DNA from: Balanoglossus misakiensis
Lineage: Eukaryota; Animalia; Hemichordata
Length of the DNA: 64,000 bases
Assembly: GCA_040954595.2 (NCBI GenBank)
Contig: CM082597.2
Location: forward strand, 9,331,778 to 9,395,777
Reading direction: 5' to 3'
Below, piece by piece: positions 23,882 to 38,200 of this stretch. Within the stretch, counting starts at the first letter, position 1. Each line of letters begins with the position of its first letter. The translations under genes and the position numbers were made by a program. Below the pieces are notes generated by a model. That model did no database searches, was not told the origin of the DNA, and worked only from the letters and a program-made list of their open reading frames with translations.

Positions 23882-25201
23882 TGTTCTGGTTAGAATCGTA
23901 TCGGTAAGACAAAGACAGAAGAGTTGACAGACAACAAACGTATTCAGTTTATTAACATAAAATTCTTACTATAAAACGTTCATGAGGCTTCGTAAGGGTA
24001 AGAGAAAGGCAGACACAGAAGAAGAAAAATGGCTGACCAACAACTTCTTTCAAATCCCTGAATACATTCCTGTGGTCCCAGTAAAATCACAGCGAGTTTA
24101 TAACACGAACATTGAGTTCTAACATAATCGACCCATGCTGATGATTCAAGTGAGCGATCCCCGGCACTTCCCGATTTGTATTCCAGGGGAAAATTACGTC
24201 AGTAGATTAATTTTCTTGACTTCGTTATTTAAACTGTTTAGCAGTTTCGTTGTTTCGCAAAATATAAGTAGCCCGTTTCGGATGGTCTAATGACAGGCGC
24301 CAGTCAACAGTCAGTCCGTGTCGGATCGGCTAGTGACACGCGGGGACGCTATTCTCAAAGTATTGCTGATTTTTGACAACCAAAGCACATTTCACACAGT
24401 CCATTAAATGATTCGTCTTGTCTTGTCTTCCCCGACAATGAGATGAAACGAAGTGCAAAATTCCGAAAGTCAAAGAATTTCAAAGTTTATGTCACAGTTC
24501 TACCAGGCGAAGCAATGCGTTCTACGCGTGTACGTCTGCCGATTCTAAGCTTATCTCCTGACTACACAAGGATTTCCCTCCATTTTACTGCCGACTTTTG
24601 TAAAGCAATGCACATTTCACTTTTTTCCATCGGAGGACTTATCTTTCCGCCGAAAATGTACTAGTAGATGAAAGGAAGTGCAAATTTCTGAAATATTTCT
24701 GAGCAACCTTGCTGGCCACATACGATTGTTTTACCGTTTATGTATGATGTACTACGACCGCTGCGGACACGGACACACAGTAAAATATTTCAAGTTTGAA
24801 TTGAGAGATGTTTTCATGATGAACGAATACATTGCTTATCGTGCAATGGTACGGGGAAATGCGTTACAGCTTAAATCGTTGCGTGACAACTTAGTCTCCA
24901 AATGCATACCCCAGTGCAAGACGTGTAACGACAGCCGCGTGTCACTGGCTATTGACAGGCGCCTGTCCATATAATAGCCTCGGCCTAAATTCATGCATGG
25001 TGAACAACACCTGTTCACCACATCCAGGCAGTTTGTCGGGGTCAGTGCAATTCTCCTGACCTCACGCTATACAAGTTGTTCAAAGGTCATCAGAGTGTTG
25101 AAGCTGACCTCTGCCTCCTCGAGCTCTGCTGAGACAAGTGACGGGGAAAAGTAGGCCACCCCTTCAGGTCTGTTCGGGTCTGGGCATCACCTCGGTCAAA
25201 T

Positions 25202-28200
25202 ATGGCCGCCAGAGCAGGAGGTGGTGCGTCCTTCGATTACGTTATTATCGGTGCTGGTAGCGCGGGCTGTGTTCTCGCAAATCGTCTGTCGGAAGACCAG
25301 AGCACCAGCGTCCTGTTGTTAGAGGCTGGTCCCGATGACGACCAAGAGGCGATTCATATTCCGTCGGCGAAGGATACTGTAACGGATGTCATAGGCCGAT
25401 ACAAGGTGATATTATCAAGGGAGAACGATTTAATGGTGGAGGAGGTGGGGCGGGGTGGAATACGTAGTATGGCGGCTCAGTTTTCCCCATCATTGTCGGC
25501 TGGTTATTGGGTTATTATACCAAAGTTTGCCTTGTCATCTGCGTCAGAATGTTTTCATATTATGCCCGTAGACATCATGAATGGACGGTTCTTCTTATAT
25601 TTACAAACACATGCATTGCCATGGGTGATGCTACACTCTCAAGCAAGGAAGCAAAATTAGTTTTTTTGTATCATGATATTGTCTTGCTTTTTTCTGCAAC
25701 TTACAGAGCGTTCCTCAGGAAAATGCTTTTTTGGGCATGAATGACCATGGGTCCTTCTGGAACACGGGAAAGGTGAGATTGTCACTTAATTTCTCGACAA
25801 ATAAGTTTATTGACCTTAATGTAGTACACCAGCTTGCGAGACCAATATTATCCAGTAAGTAAATACATAACAATATGGTAAATGTGGTGGGAACCTTCCT
25901 CGTACTTCCTTATGAATAATTGCAATCACTACATGTATCACAAATATGAGAACCGCACATACAGATATAAATATTGCAATAACTAAACGAGATTGAATAA
26001 AATGGTGCACCAAGATACCAATTCCTTCCATAATTTTAAGTTGCTGTTAGGATTGATTTATTGTTATAAGCGCAATTGTATATGATAAATGGAAGCAAAC
26101 CAGAAAATATTCATTTTCTGAAAATTTTCCAACATACGGTATCTATAGCAATCATAAAGACAGTGAAAATGTATAATTCAATTGCCAATAAACAGACGAC
26201 TATGTGAACCCTTCAATCATTGTAGGTTCTCGGGGGTTCGAGCAGCATCAATGCTATGATATATGTGAGGGGTTGCAAAGAAGACTTCGATTCCTGGGCA
26301 AGACTGGGCGCTAAAGGATGGAGCTACGATGAAGTGCTTCCGTATTTCTTGAAATCTGAAAATAACACAAAGTGAGTTTTGGCGTAATCACGTTTCTGTT
26401 CCATGAAAAATGGCTGGCAGGCAGGCATGACGGACTTGAATACTGACATTGTATAAGGGCACGTGACGTTGAGTCTGGTAATTTTGCCGATGCATGCATA
26501 TAGTGTAAACACATTCGCTATCTGCAAACGTGCGTTCATAACCAACATAGGTATGTATGAACTTGTGACGTCAGAGCAGTGAATCAGATTATGTGGCATT
26601 TGTTACAGCGAAGAATGCGTGCGAAGTGGTGACCATTCGAAAGGAGGGTTACTGACGGTGTCTGACCTTTCACCTTCGTGTAAATACAGGGCAATGATCA
26701 TTGAAGGAGGTAAAGTTCTTGGCTTGCATTATCAATACTTGTGCTACTACACATATATGTCTTGGACGATGTCGATTGCCCAAAACAAAACCCGAAGTCC
26801 TTTGGAAAAATATATCTGCAAAATTTTATCCAATGCTGACCAAACAAAAAAGAAGATATCGAGCGTTATTGGTTAGCTTAGAATTAGGCATGTGCATGTT
26901 TATTGAGGATAGACTACAATGTACTTAAGATGTTTCATCCCACCCCATGCCTAGGTTGAATCTGCTCTATAGATACTGTGATATGGGGAGAGTCGGACAA
27001 GAGTCGCCCCATATTGTGTACTTGCACAAACGTACCTACTTGACAATAATATACCATTATCCGTCCGAGAAGATCAAAAACTGATTGGTTCACGGTATCT
27101 TTCACTCGTTTCCCACAGCTAAAGAACTGGGTTTCAAGATACATGACATAATCAACTATGTCGATCCGGTAAGCAATAAGTAATTAAAGGGTCCATTTGT
27201 TAATACAGCGAATTTGCAGAATGACTTCATAATTGTGGGCTCTGGTAGGAATGTTCATTGAATGAATTTGACTAGCTTACATGGTATCAAATACGAAAGA
27301 GAGCGAAGCAGTCCACTATTTGAATGCATCGATCGCAAAATTTGCAGAACATTTTGATTCGACGTAATATTTGTACACACACGAAATTACGCACATGCGC
27401 ATAAGCCGATCATGGGCCTTTAAGGTTGAAGTAACTTATTGTGAACACTTGTAGGTTGGTTTCAGTTACGCCCAAGGGACCGTAAAAGATGGTAGGCGAT
27501 GCAGCACAGCAGATGCGTTTTTGAATCCCGTCAAGGAGAGGAAGAATTTGACAATCTGGACAGAGACAACGGCCACAAAGGTAAAACCTGAATGTGTACT
27601 AGCTGGAGTAGATACACAGAACTTTAATGTAAACACTCTAGCTTCTTTATACTCCGCACTATGTTACACAAGGAACGAAGAGCTACATTGAGAAAACCTT
27701 ATAATTTCTCAAAAAAGGCATATCTGCGGAAAATTACATTGGCATGGTCGCATACTTTCATTCGATCATTGTATAAAAGAAGATGTAGTGAGAAGATTCT
27801 GCAGCGAGATAAGTATTAAACTTCTATCAACAGAAATGTAACACAATTAAAAAGTAATCTAGAAGTATGAATAATGAAAAAAAGTTGACGTTGCAACTGT
27901 ATTCAACTTCTGTCAGTGCCAGGTTGGCGAACAAATCCTGTCGGCTTAAAATGTAGACAGGTTCATGATAGTCACAAATCACTCTAATTTTAATAGCCCT
28001 GTCACAAGTTATCGGAGACCAATATACCTTAAAGGTGTGCTTATTGTGTATTACAACAACCACCCTTTGTAAAATAAACCCCTTCAGGGAAGGTATCCGA
28101 ATGTGTTGTTAGACATGCGAATTGCTGAGTGCTGTTTGAATGTTTATGTGCATATCTAATATATTTTCAGATCTTGTTCGATAACAAAACAGCAACATCG

Positions 28201-31200
28201 GTCGAACTCTTAAAAGGGGAGCGGAGTGATACAGTCCACGTGCGCAAAGAAGTCATTTTGTCTGCTGGATCCCTGTCATCACCCAAGGTATATTTCCCAC
28301 ATACAAGCTAGGTAACACAATTGTAACTCTTTATTAGGCGTTTTGCAGTAAAAATGTTATAATTACAGAATTGTTTACACTAAAGTAACCAAGTATCACT
28401 TAAAGATCGTATTGTCACAAAATAGTTCCAGTAGTATTAAAGTCGTTGATGTACGGTATACAGTAGAGTGTTACTGTCCTAGTAGTCCTGTTTCATAAGT
28501 CAGGTCCATGACATATGTACAGACATCTGTGATTGGTCCATCTGGTAATCTTAGGTCCACTTGCGGCACGCTGATTGGAGGGACCTTATGTGTTAGGTCT
28601 TATTATTATGTATTATTCATTAGACCTTGTAGGTTAGGTCTTATTACTATGTATTATTCACTTTACAGCTCCCTGATTGGTTAAGGCGTAGGTCTGGTCC
28701 TCCAGTGTTCACTGCCTCATTATGCAGGACCTTGTTGGTTAGGTCTTATTAATATGTATTTATTCAATTTTCAGCTCCCTGATTGGTTAATGTTTAGGTC
28801 TCCAGTTTTCACTGCCTCGTTATGCAAAGTCTTTTGTACTTTCTGAATACAGTTGTCGTATTCTGTCTGGCATGCTGCCTGCGCGTGGTCGAAGCTCGCG
28901 ATCGATCCCAGTGTATAAAGAAAGGCACTCATATAATGATTGGATTTCACCTTTTCCTTCACACTATTCATGGCATTTTGTGATTCTGTGAACTAGATAC
29001 TCGAAATAAAATGTTGTATTTTATTTCCAGTGGCGGTTTGTTGAAAAGGGCTAGTGTTTTGTTACGTAATGCCTTTCAGCGCATCACTTCGTGTAACACC
29101 TGGCTGAATATGAAGTCTGTGCTATTCATTCAAGCAAACCAAAAATATCTTACAATAGAAATGTTTAGAATAGCATTGCATTTCTTTGGGATACCTCATT
29201 AGTTGCTTTACAGGTATGATTACTTTTATTGTACTTCTTTCACGAAGCTGCACCATGACAGTTCCATTTTATGAAAACAATATACGAATGTATAAACGGA
29301 CAACGTGCTCCTTATTACAACATCTTCGTCAAAACAAATTTACTTTAAAATAGTAATAACAACAATAATAAAATTGATGATGAGAAGTAGGAGGATGATT
29401 AAAAAAATATACAACTTATCTAAAATGCTTAGATGAGTTAATCAGATTTTCAAAGTCCACCTAAAAGATCATTTAATCTTTCCAGGGTGCGGTTTATGTT
29501 GGAGATAATATCAGTCAGGCTATTTCTTAGAAAAGCAATGAACGATCTGCGGACATCCCGAATAATGTGTTACCACAACGCTAGCCAGGAAGCACATGGG
29601 ACATTTCACAATGAGGCAGTGAACACATGGGGGACCAGACTGACACGTTAAGGATGTACGTTCAGTAAAATTGAAAGTATTGTCATTTTTTTTAATTGTG
29701 GATTTTTGGATTCTCCTTTGTATGTATAATGAAAATCTGCAATAAAATTTAGGGGTCACCGCGCTTGTTTTTGAAATACAGAGCCATGAATTCAGTCGAT
29801 AATAGAAGAAAACTGCTGACTCAGCATTTTTCACCAATGGTTTGTCTATGGGCAAAATTTTTAACCCAATTTATCTCAAAATAGAGCGCGGTGACCCCTA
29901 TATTTTATTTGACCAATGAATTTATTTTTACTGGACTGAGCTTTGTGTGAAATTTCGTGAAAATGACAATAGTAGAAGTTAGTTTTCTAGCGATTATCAA
30001 TGTAATCCTATGAGAAAAAGACGGGTGCGCGCAGTTAACCGGTTTATGTTCTGCGCGCACATCCTTAAGATGGGTCACCCGTATCTTTTTGCCCGTTGTT
30101 ATGGGTCGTTTTGGGACATTACACCCCGATTTGGACTAAGCCGTTTTCAGAGTCTAACAAGGGGCTGGTAACTAGTTGAAAATCTGCACGATTGTGAGCG
30201 CGCGCCCCCTGACGCCATTGATATGCAAATTAGTTAGGTCAAATTTCAAAAGCCTAAGGCTTTTTATTCCGTGACCTCAAAAACGAACTTGATATGTATT
30301 CATTGGTTGCTTGAACCAGGGAAGATCGTGACGGATTTTGTTTTCGAATATTATCGTTGTATCCTATGATTTCAGCATACCCGTACCACACCTGAAAAAG
30401 TCATCGATTTTGGGTGTTTTTGGACGCACTCTTCCACTGGTATCGCTTCTTAGCACGACGAAAACCGAAAAAACGATCCGTCACACTATGCGGAAGTGCG
30501 TTCTCAACAAGCAGGTCAAATTTGGCTGGCCTACGTCGCCTATGAAAAAAGCCTTAGGGATTTTCGTGAACGGTACAAAATCTCTGTGTACAAAACATTG
30601 GATTTTTAGCGTTCGATCCAGTTACTGTGGTTACAGGACGCGCACGCTATCGCTGACCGCTGCTTTGCCGTATTAGCGTGGCGGCCTATGGCCGGGCGGT
30701 AGCTGCCGTAACCATACTCGGACAGGGGGTGTGCACACAATCGTGCGTATTTTTAACTAGTTACAAGCCCCTTGTCGGACGTTCATAACGGTTTCGATCA
30801 AAATTGAGTGTAGTGTCCTATAAAGGCCCATAGCAACGAGCAAAAAGATCCCAGGGACCCATCTTAACCAATCAGGGAGATGTATGGTGAATAAATACAT
30901 ATTAATAAGACCTAACCTATAAGGTCCTGTATAATGAGGCAGTGAACACTGGAGGACCAGGCCTACATATTAACCAATCGGGGAGCTGTAAAGTGAATGA
31001 TGCATAGTAATAAGACCTAACCTACAAGGTCCCTCCAATCAGCGTGCCGCAAGTGGACCTTAGAGAATCGGATAAACCAATCAGAACATGCAATACATGT
31101 GTATAGGACGTGTAATGTAGGTCATTTTGAAACAGGACTACTGCAACGCGGCGTAGTATGGTTTGGTTTGCTGGGGTTGGGTGTGGTGTGGTACAGTGCA

Positions 31201-34200
31201 GCGGAATGTAGTGTAGTGCAATGTAATGTTCAGTAGTGTAGCATAGCCTGCGGGGTGTGTTGTGTTGTGATGTGATGTGATGTCATGTGATGTCATGTGA
31301 TGTCATGTCATGTCATGTCATGTCATGTCATGTGATGTGATGTGATGTGATGTGATGTGATGTGCTGTGCTGTGCTGTGCTGTGCTGTGCTGTGTTGTGT
31401 TGTGTTGTGTTGTGTTGTGTTGTGTTGTGTTGTGTTGTGTTGTGTTGTGTTGTGTTGTGTTGTGTTGTGTTGTGTTGTGTTGTGCTGAAGCCACAGCAAT
31501 AGAAGCTTTAATGGCCTCTCCAAAATAAAACCACTTTCAGCTCCTAATGTTGTCAGGCGTGGGACCCCGAGAGCACCTCGCAGATGTAGGAATACCAGTC
31601 TTGTGTAATCTTCCAGTCGGACAGAACTTACAGGATCACGTTGGGGTATTTATTAGATGCAGCAGTGCTCTTGGAGGCGGTCTTCCGAAGGTAGAAATTA
31701 TGTTCACCAGTACTCCTGCCAATAAAACATCGGAAATAGCGTGAAACTACACTACTGTTTTTGCCAACTATAAGAACCTGACTTTGACAGTTACGGTTTT
31801 CAGCTGTCTAATTTACATGCAGTATACTTAACTGATTCATACAAAACATGTAAATTTATGCTAGTTTCCGGGCGCGTCCATGTGATAGTAGTTTTCTTAT
31901 ATATTTTCAGTAATAACGTAACAGCGATGACATCATAATGCTCACAGTTTCTGTATTGTTTGTTTTCACGAAGACACGTGTACGCTAATTGCAAAGAATG
32001 ACAAACGCTCGAATGATAATGTCACTCTATTTTCATTTCAGAATTGTGTATCCACACTCGGTTTGGATGTTAGCGGATTTGTCAAGACAACGGTGCGTTG
32101 CCACCCCCTCCAAAAAAACGATAATCTTATTGATGAAAAGCACGTATACAATATTTTATATATATTCAGATTTATCTATAACTGAGAGAGGTCTTAACGA
32201 TCTCGCAGCTGTCAGGAATCAAATTGCACAGCCAGCTTTTAAGATGATTCCGTCTTTGGAACTTTATGCCATATGAACTTCATCGCAGGGCTCGAAAGTA
32301 AAAAAAAAACGATATGAAACATCCAAACTTCAAACATTATCATGTTGACAGACTTTCGTTACTTTTTGTGTTTGTTTCCAAACATGACACCAGGATGAAC
32401 TTCCATGGCCGGACGTCCAACTTTTTTACAAACCAACTTATTCCATGTATGGATCGCTTGAAAAGGAAAGATATAACGTTGCGGACGAGTCAGTATTATT
32501 TATTTCATTCCTCAAATTCTGCCGAAGAGAGTGCTTCATTCGTTACGACCTACCAGATTCCCTGTATAATTTATCCTTGCGACTGACATTAGGCAATTCA
32601 ACTCAGCAAAGGACTGACGACAAAGCCAACTTTATTTTCAAATCTTGGATGTGGGTAATTTATAAGCTGCACGTTATAAAATTTTAAAAGATACATATCC
32701 CCAGCATTATGAATAATTACATCATTGTCTGTTCACAATCAGATTCGACGAAGCTTTCGAATATCACGATAAGTCCGCAATGGAAGACAGAGAAGGGTTT
32801 TGTTTGTTACCCGTTCTGCTTCACCCCAAAAGTGTTGGTTGGCTGAAACTGAGGAGTCAAGATCCACTCGAACAACCGGTGATAGATCCATGCTTCCTGA
32901 GTGACCAAGATGACGTTAACGTCATCATCAAAGTAAGTATTGATATATTGTGAATTAATAGAATGGGTGCATAGTAGAAGGGATTTCAATATGATCATTG
33001 TGTGACTACTTGTTAAGGTAGTGCGCGATAGTCCTCCAAATCTTTCGATTGTTTGTGCTATATTAAAGCGAGGAGTCGTTTTTAAATCAAACAAGGAAAC
33101 ACGGTGTTCACCGTCTTGTTTTCGTAAGCAAATCACTGCTTTCTCCGTAGAGTTCTCACTGAGGTGTATATACTACATGTACCTGAAAAATGTTTATTCA
33201 CTTTCTAGGGTATCCGTATTATTCAGAAGTTGATAGATACTAGTGCTTTCAAGAAATTTGGGTAGGTGTTGCATCAATATCTATAATGTACAATTCATAT
33301 GTATGACAAATACACATGAACCATCGTGTATTCAATATTCAAATACAGTAATGTTTGACTGACAGTGGGTGGGAGAGTACCAGTGTGACAATGAAAAATA
33401 AATCCATTTTTTACCGATCGATCGAGTGACTGACAGACCGACTGATATCTGGATTTGGTTAGGTGTTCCACATACAAAATATTAAACAATTTGCTCGCAG
33501 ATTTGATCACAGGCAAGCACGTGCGTGGACACGGTATGCTCGGCATGAAAGTCTATCACGTATATGCTTTGAAAGGCATGAAATGCCGGACACAGGGGTT
33601 CGATTGGCAACGATAAAATATATGGATCAAAAAAGCGAGATATGAGAGGATAGCTATATGTAAGCAATATACAGTAAAGCACCACTGACTTGCTTTGTCG
33701 CACCCGCAGGATAACCCAAACCTTCTACAAGTTCAGCAACTGCCCTCATGAATTGGATTCCGACGAATATTGGGATCATGTAGTCCGTCATATGACCTGT
33801 ACATTCTGCCATCCGACAGGAACATGTAAAGTGGGAGCAAAGGGTGACGTAACAGCAGTGGTTGATCCATGTCTAAGGTGAATTATTTTGCTTTCTCTCC
33901 CTATAAGTACATGTACTGACCTAGCCAAGTGCGGTTCCTTCGTGTGTCTTATGTATCTTCTGCAGTTGTGCGTACAGATTGTTAATCAATTGTTTTCAGT
34001 CTTTGTCTCAGATCAACCACTGTTGAAAATCGAATAACATGTAGTGTACATGTTTGCGTTTGCGTGAAGACTATATGCCATGTGAAATACCATCGTGACA
34101 TTACACATGTAATCTGGTTATCCTGAATCACACAATTTAACATTTTTTTCGCCGAACTCTATCATTGCAGAGTCAGGGGGTTAGACAACGTTCGCGTCGT

Positions 34201-34306
34201 GGATGCCTCCATCATGCCACACCTCACATCTGGCAACACCAACGCACCGGTCATTATGATCGCTGAAAAGGCAGCGGATATGATCAAAGAAGATACAGCA
34301 GTGTAG
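25202..34306 (+). CDS. GMC oxidoreductase (glucose/choline/alcohol dehydrogenase-like), paralogue 1, ~550 aa
   Basis: 14 exons: 25202-25405, 25707-25772, 26226-26371, 26609-26709, 27119-27168, 27455-27580, 28171-28287, 31541-31690, 32042-32092, 32394-32488, 32743-32932, 33209-33261, 33710-33877, 34171-34306. Motifs [48 protein letters not shown] and SGNTNAP. No signal peptide. Confidence 0.95.
29652..30064. mobile_element. Kolobok-like MITE with TTAA target duplication
   Basis: TTAA|GGATGTACG ... GCGCACATCC|TTAA. Confidence 0.7.
30069..30863. mobile_element. Kolobok-like MITE with TTAA target duplication and long imperfect TIRs
   Basis: TTAA|GATGGGTC ... GACCCATC|TTAA. Inner inverted arms ACAAGGGGCTGGTAACTAGTT and AACTAGTTACAAGCCCCTTGT. 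Confidence 0.8.
31255..31484. repeat. Compound pentanucleotide microsatellite (TGTGA/TGTCA/TGTGC/TGTGT)
   Basis: Successive blocks of 5-bp variant units. Confidence 0.95.
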
Positions 34307-35225
34307 ACATGCATTCTTCAAGTCATGATTTTGTACGCATTCCAGTACACTTTATTTCTTTTTTGGCTTGGCTATTTAGACATTCGTTAAAACATTGTTA
34401 AATTGTGTACAAACAATTACAAGTAATATTGTAGGTTAGACTAAAATTGGGGCAGAGAAGATTGGTATTGTAACATTATGATGTTTATATGATGGTGAGG
34501 TAATGAGATTATTCCGGAATAAAATATGACGAAACCTTTCCTGACGGACATCTTCTAATCATGACATCCCTCAGCTCTATTAAAGACATATGCTTTTCGA
34601 GACGAAAGTTACAATAGAATTATATTCACCGTACGCTATTCTTCACGAATAGTTGACCGTATGCCATTATTTTAATACGTTACAACCCATCAATTTCCAC
34701 GTGTCAGGTCTTCCCTGTCATCAGAATTGAAACCTTTCAGCCAATCAGAGTGCTGGCTTCAGAGCTAGCATAATCTTATCATAATTGGGGTCCCTGGTTC
34801 CGAACATAGCATGACGGACGTCGACATCTGAGCCGGGCAACCACAGTATCGCCTTTCGGGATTGGAAGTTTAAACAAAACAAACATGGTTCAATGTTCCA
34901 ATAGTCAATGATCTTACATTGTCATCGTGTTTTCCACCACAGCTCGTTTCTATGGTTCCACTCAGGACCCGGTCAGAAAAAAAGCAGACAGTGCGATCGA
35001 ACGTAAAGTGTACCAAAACAGAAAACTCAAAGTTGAGCCTTCAAATTTTGAATATTTTTATCAAAAATACCCGGGAGAACGCTGTTGGGGAAGATGGCCA
35101 TGTAATGTTCTATATTCATATGGAGGGTAACCTGAAAAATGACCCATCTCTTTTATCTCTATGTGCCAACCTTCCCCCGCTGACAATCGAATCGCCCCCT
35201 GGTGTCTGTTTTAAAGTCATTCAAT

Positions 35226-38200
35226 ATGGCAGCCAGCGAAACAGACAACGCGTACGATTATGTTGTTATTGGTGGTGGAACAGCAGGTTGTGTTCTTGCA
35301 AACCGTCTGTCGGAAAATGAGACGGCTAGTGTTCTTCTACTTGAAGCTGGTCCCGAAGACACCAAGCCAGAAATCCATGACCTTGCAGGAATGCCGTCGA
35401 CTTTGATGTCAGAGATTGATTGGCAATACAAGGTAAATGTCTAGTATTGTTTGATTTCCAGTATATTGCACTTTCTCGACAACTATTCTTAATGCATGTT
35501 CCTTACTCGAGCGGAGCAATCTGTTGTTTAAACAGACCAAAATGTTGAGCCGCCCGCAACAAAAGGAGAAGTTCAAGTGTTTCCGCCGTCGATCGTAAAT
35601 TACGAATTGTCGACCAAATTTCAGCGACCAGTTTTCTAATGCGTCTACAGTGTCGTGCCCAAGCCGTGCCATTGTGGTATTCCAAAAAATGAGAAATATG
35701 CAACAGGGTTTCAGTCGTCACGACATATTGGAGCAAACATGAAGCTATCAGTAGATTATCAGGTGAACAGTCACGTTGCCTTCGCTGACATAAATAACAT
35801 AGGCTGTTTTTTTTATTGTGAGTTAAGTAGCACACGCTCCATACACTCGCCGCGTAGACAAGTCTTGCCTGTGGGTCACTTTGTTTTCTAATCAAATTTG
35901 GGTGATCGAGAATTTGACCAGATACTTCTTGTTCCAATTGTAAAAATAATGTCAGCAAACTGAGGCCTACTAACAGAGTTGTAAATGTCAGGAAATGGCA
36001 TGAAAGGTTCAGCTCAGGGTCACAGCACTTCAGCAGAAGGGCGGCGTGTGGGTCACGCACCACATCCCAATCTATATAAATTAAATGCGGCATTACACAA
36101 ATATGGCAGCTCACTTTAAGTGATTGGCTTGTCGACGGTAAAGACTGGAAAATTTTGTGCTAGAAAAGTAATATAATCATGGAAACAAAATGATCTCAAA
36201 TTGGGAAGGTTAGATTTTGTCTGTCCATTTATCGTATATTACTACATCTGTGTTGATTTTACGGATAATTGAAATAACATGAAACATTATATGATAGTAA
36301 GGTTTTCTTGCATTGCAACGGTAGAGTTGATATTTTTAAATGACATTGTAATTTCCTATTTAGTTATTAGTCAGTTGAAAGTGTTTTCGGGCTGATTATA
36401 TGTTAGAATGTTACCCGTTTAAAATTGACTGTTTGCAACACGTTGGAAAATACTTCATCCGCTGACGTTCGTATAACGTGTCTTTTACAGACATCTCCAC
36501 AGAAACATGCCTGCTTTGCCTTGAGAGATCGCCGTGCGGTTTGGTTCAGAGGAAAGGTGGGTCTTCAGAATATTTCAATGAATAAAAAACCGACTCATTT
36601 TAGACAAGATGTTCTGATAGAGAACACTACTGTTATGTCTCTTTACGTCCACGTCTACACCCATCTGGTGTTTATCGAAAAGACGTTTCAGACGCAGATG
36701 GTTGACGGCATGGTACCAAAATTTGTTTCCGGCTTTGGATATGTATCTTAACTGGACATCTGCTTAATAATATAATAATAACCCCTTAATTTAATGACTG
36801 CCGCGAGCTATGAAATATTGACTGCTTATCACATTCAACCACGTCTCTCAGGTTCTTGGCGGTTCAAGTAGCATTAATGGCATGGGATATTTGAGAGGTT
36901 GCAAAGAAGACTACGATTCCTGGGCAAGACTGGGAGCTAAAGGGTGGAGCTATGATGAAGTGCTGCCATACTTTTTGAAATCAGAAAACAATACAAAGTA
37001 AGTAATTGAATGAGTCAGTGAGTGAGTGAGTGAGTGAGTGAGTGAGTGAGTCAGTTATTGATGATTACATAGTTAGGTACAGTACCAACATGAATAACTT
37101 TAAATCTCAGTTGAACTCTTACATCAGAATCAAATTAAGCAGATAGACGACTGCACAGTTTCAGAAGTTTCTATCTGGAGTCACCGCTCTTACAATTTCA
37201 CTTTTACTAATTGTGTTTTTATTATTTAAACTTTTTATTTTTATACTTTTTGTAGGACCCCATGGTAGATTACAACCTTATAGGGGTCTCTACCCCTGTT
37301 TGATTATGTAAATGGGAAATCCTTAAAGGTGAAATAAATAAATAAATTAAAAGGTACTAAGAGGCAGTGCAGCGACGTTTATGCGTTTTTAATGGGACTG
37401 TACTCCACACAGTGACCATAGTGCCACTGTTAACATTTGTCTAATTTTCTGTCGAATCAACCATGTTCCTGATCTGACTTTCTTATTTTTTTCACAGTGA
37501 GGCATATGCTAAATGTGACTATCATTCAAAGGGAGGCTATCTAACCTTGTCTGACCTTTCATCGACGTCCAAAACCAGCAAGCTTCTCATTGAAGGAGGT
37601 ATACCAACCGCAAATTCTCATAACAAATTTTGCTCATTACGACATTGGTTATTGCAAACAATTCCTTGAAATTACAGCATCAGTACAAATTCCAAACATT
37701 CAGACGTGCCGAGAATCTTGACTATTTTTTTATTAATGTGACTTTCTTTGTTCCGATTGTTTAAAAAGATGTTTCGCTGGCATACAAAAATGTGCTAACC
37801 ACTTCGTTATTTGTCCTTATACGTGTAGCTACGGAACTGGGTTTCAAGAAAATAGATATCAACAACTGTGTTGATCCGGTAAGAAACAAAAATTTATGTA
37901 CAACTGATTTGAAAATAGTATTCTACTTATAAATGTAAATGTATAACCATAGGTCTATAACCATTTGTAGGTTGGTTTCAACTTCACGCAGTTGACAATG
38001 AAAGATGGCAAGCGATGCAGCACAGTCGATGCTTTTCTGAACCCCGCAAAGAAAAGAAGGAATCTAACTATCTGGACGGAAACTCTGGCAACTAAGGTAA
38101 TATTAAGTTTTATCACAATTATCTGAAATCACAATTGCCTCTGGATGGGTTGGATGTTTTACTCACATGCATGCACTTACATGAATTACATTTCAGATCA

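Larger units (their letters stand above)
28481..31142. mobile_element. Non-autonomous DNA transposon with long subterminal inverted repeats (possibly Academ-like), in GMC1 intron 7
   Basis: Ends AGTAGTCCTGTTTCA and TGAAACAGGACTACT. ~28550-28830 is mirrored at ~30865-31060 (for example GGTCCACTTGCGGCACGCTGATTGGAGGGACC). Superfamily is tentative. Confidence 0.75.

Noticed and set aside
31323-31523. QHNTT-repeat ORF
   Set aside because: Translation of a pentanucleotide microsatellite.
35503-36114. 203-aa minus-strand ORF in GMC2 intron 1
   Set aside because: No domain signature and a non-ATG start; likely chance.
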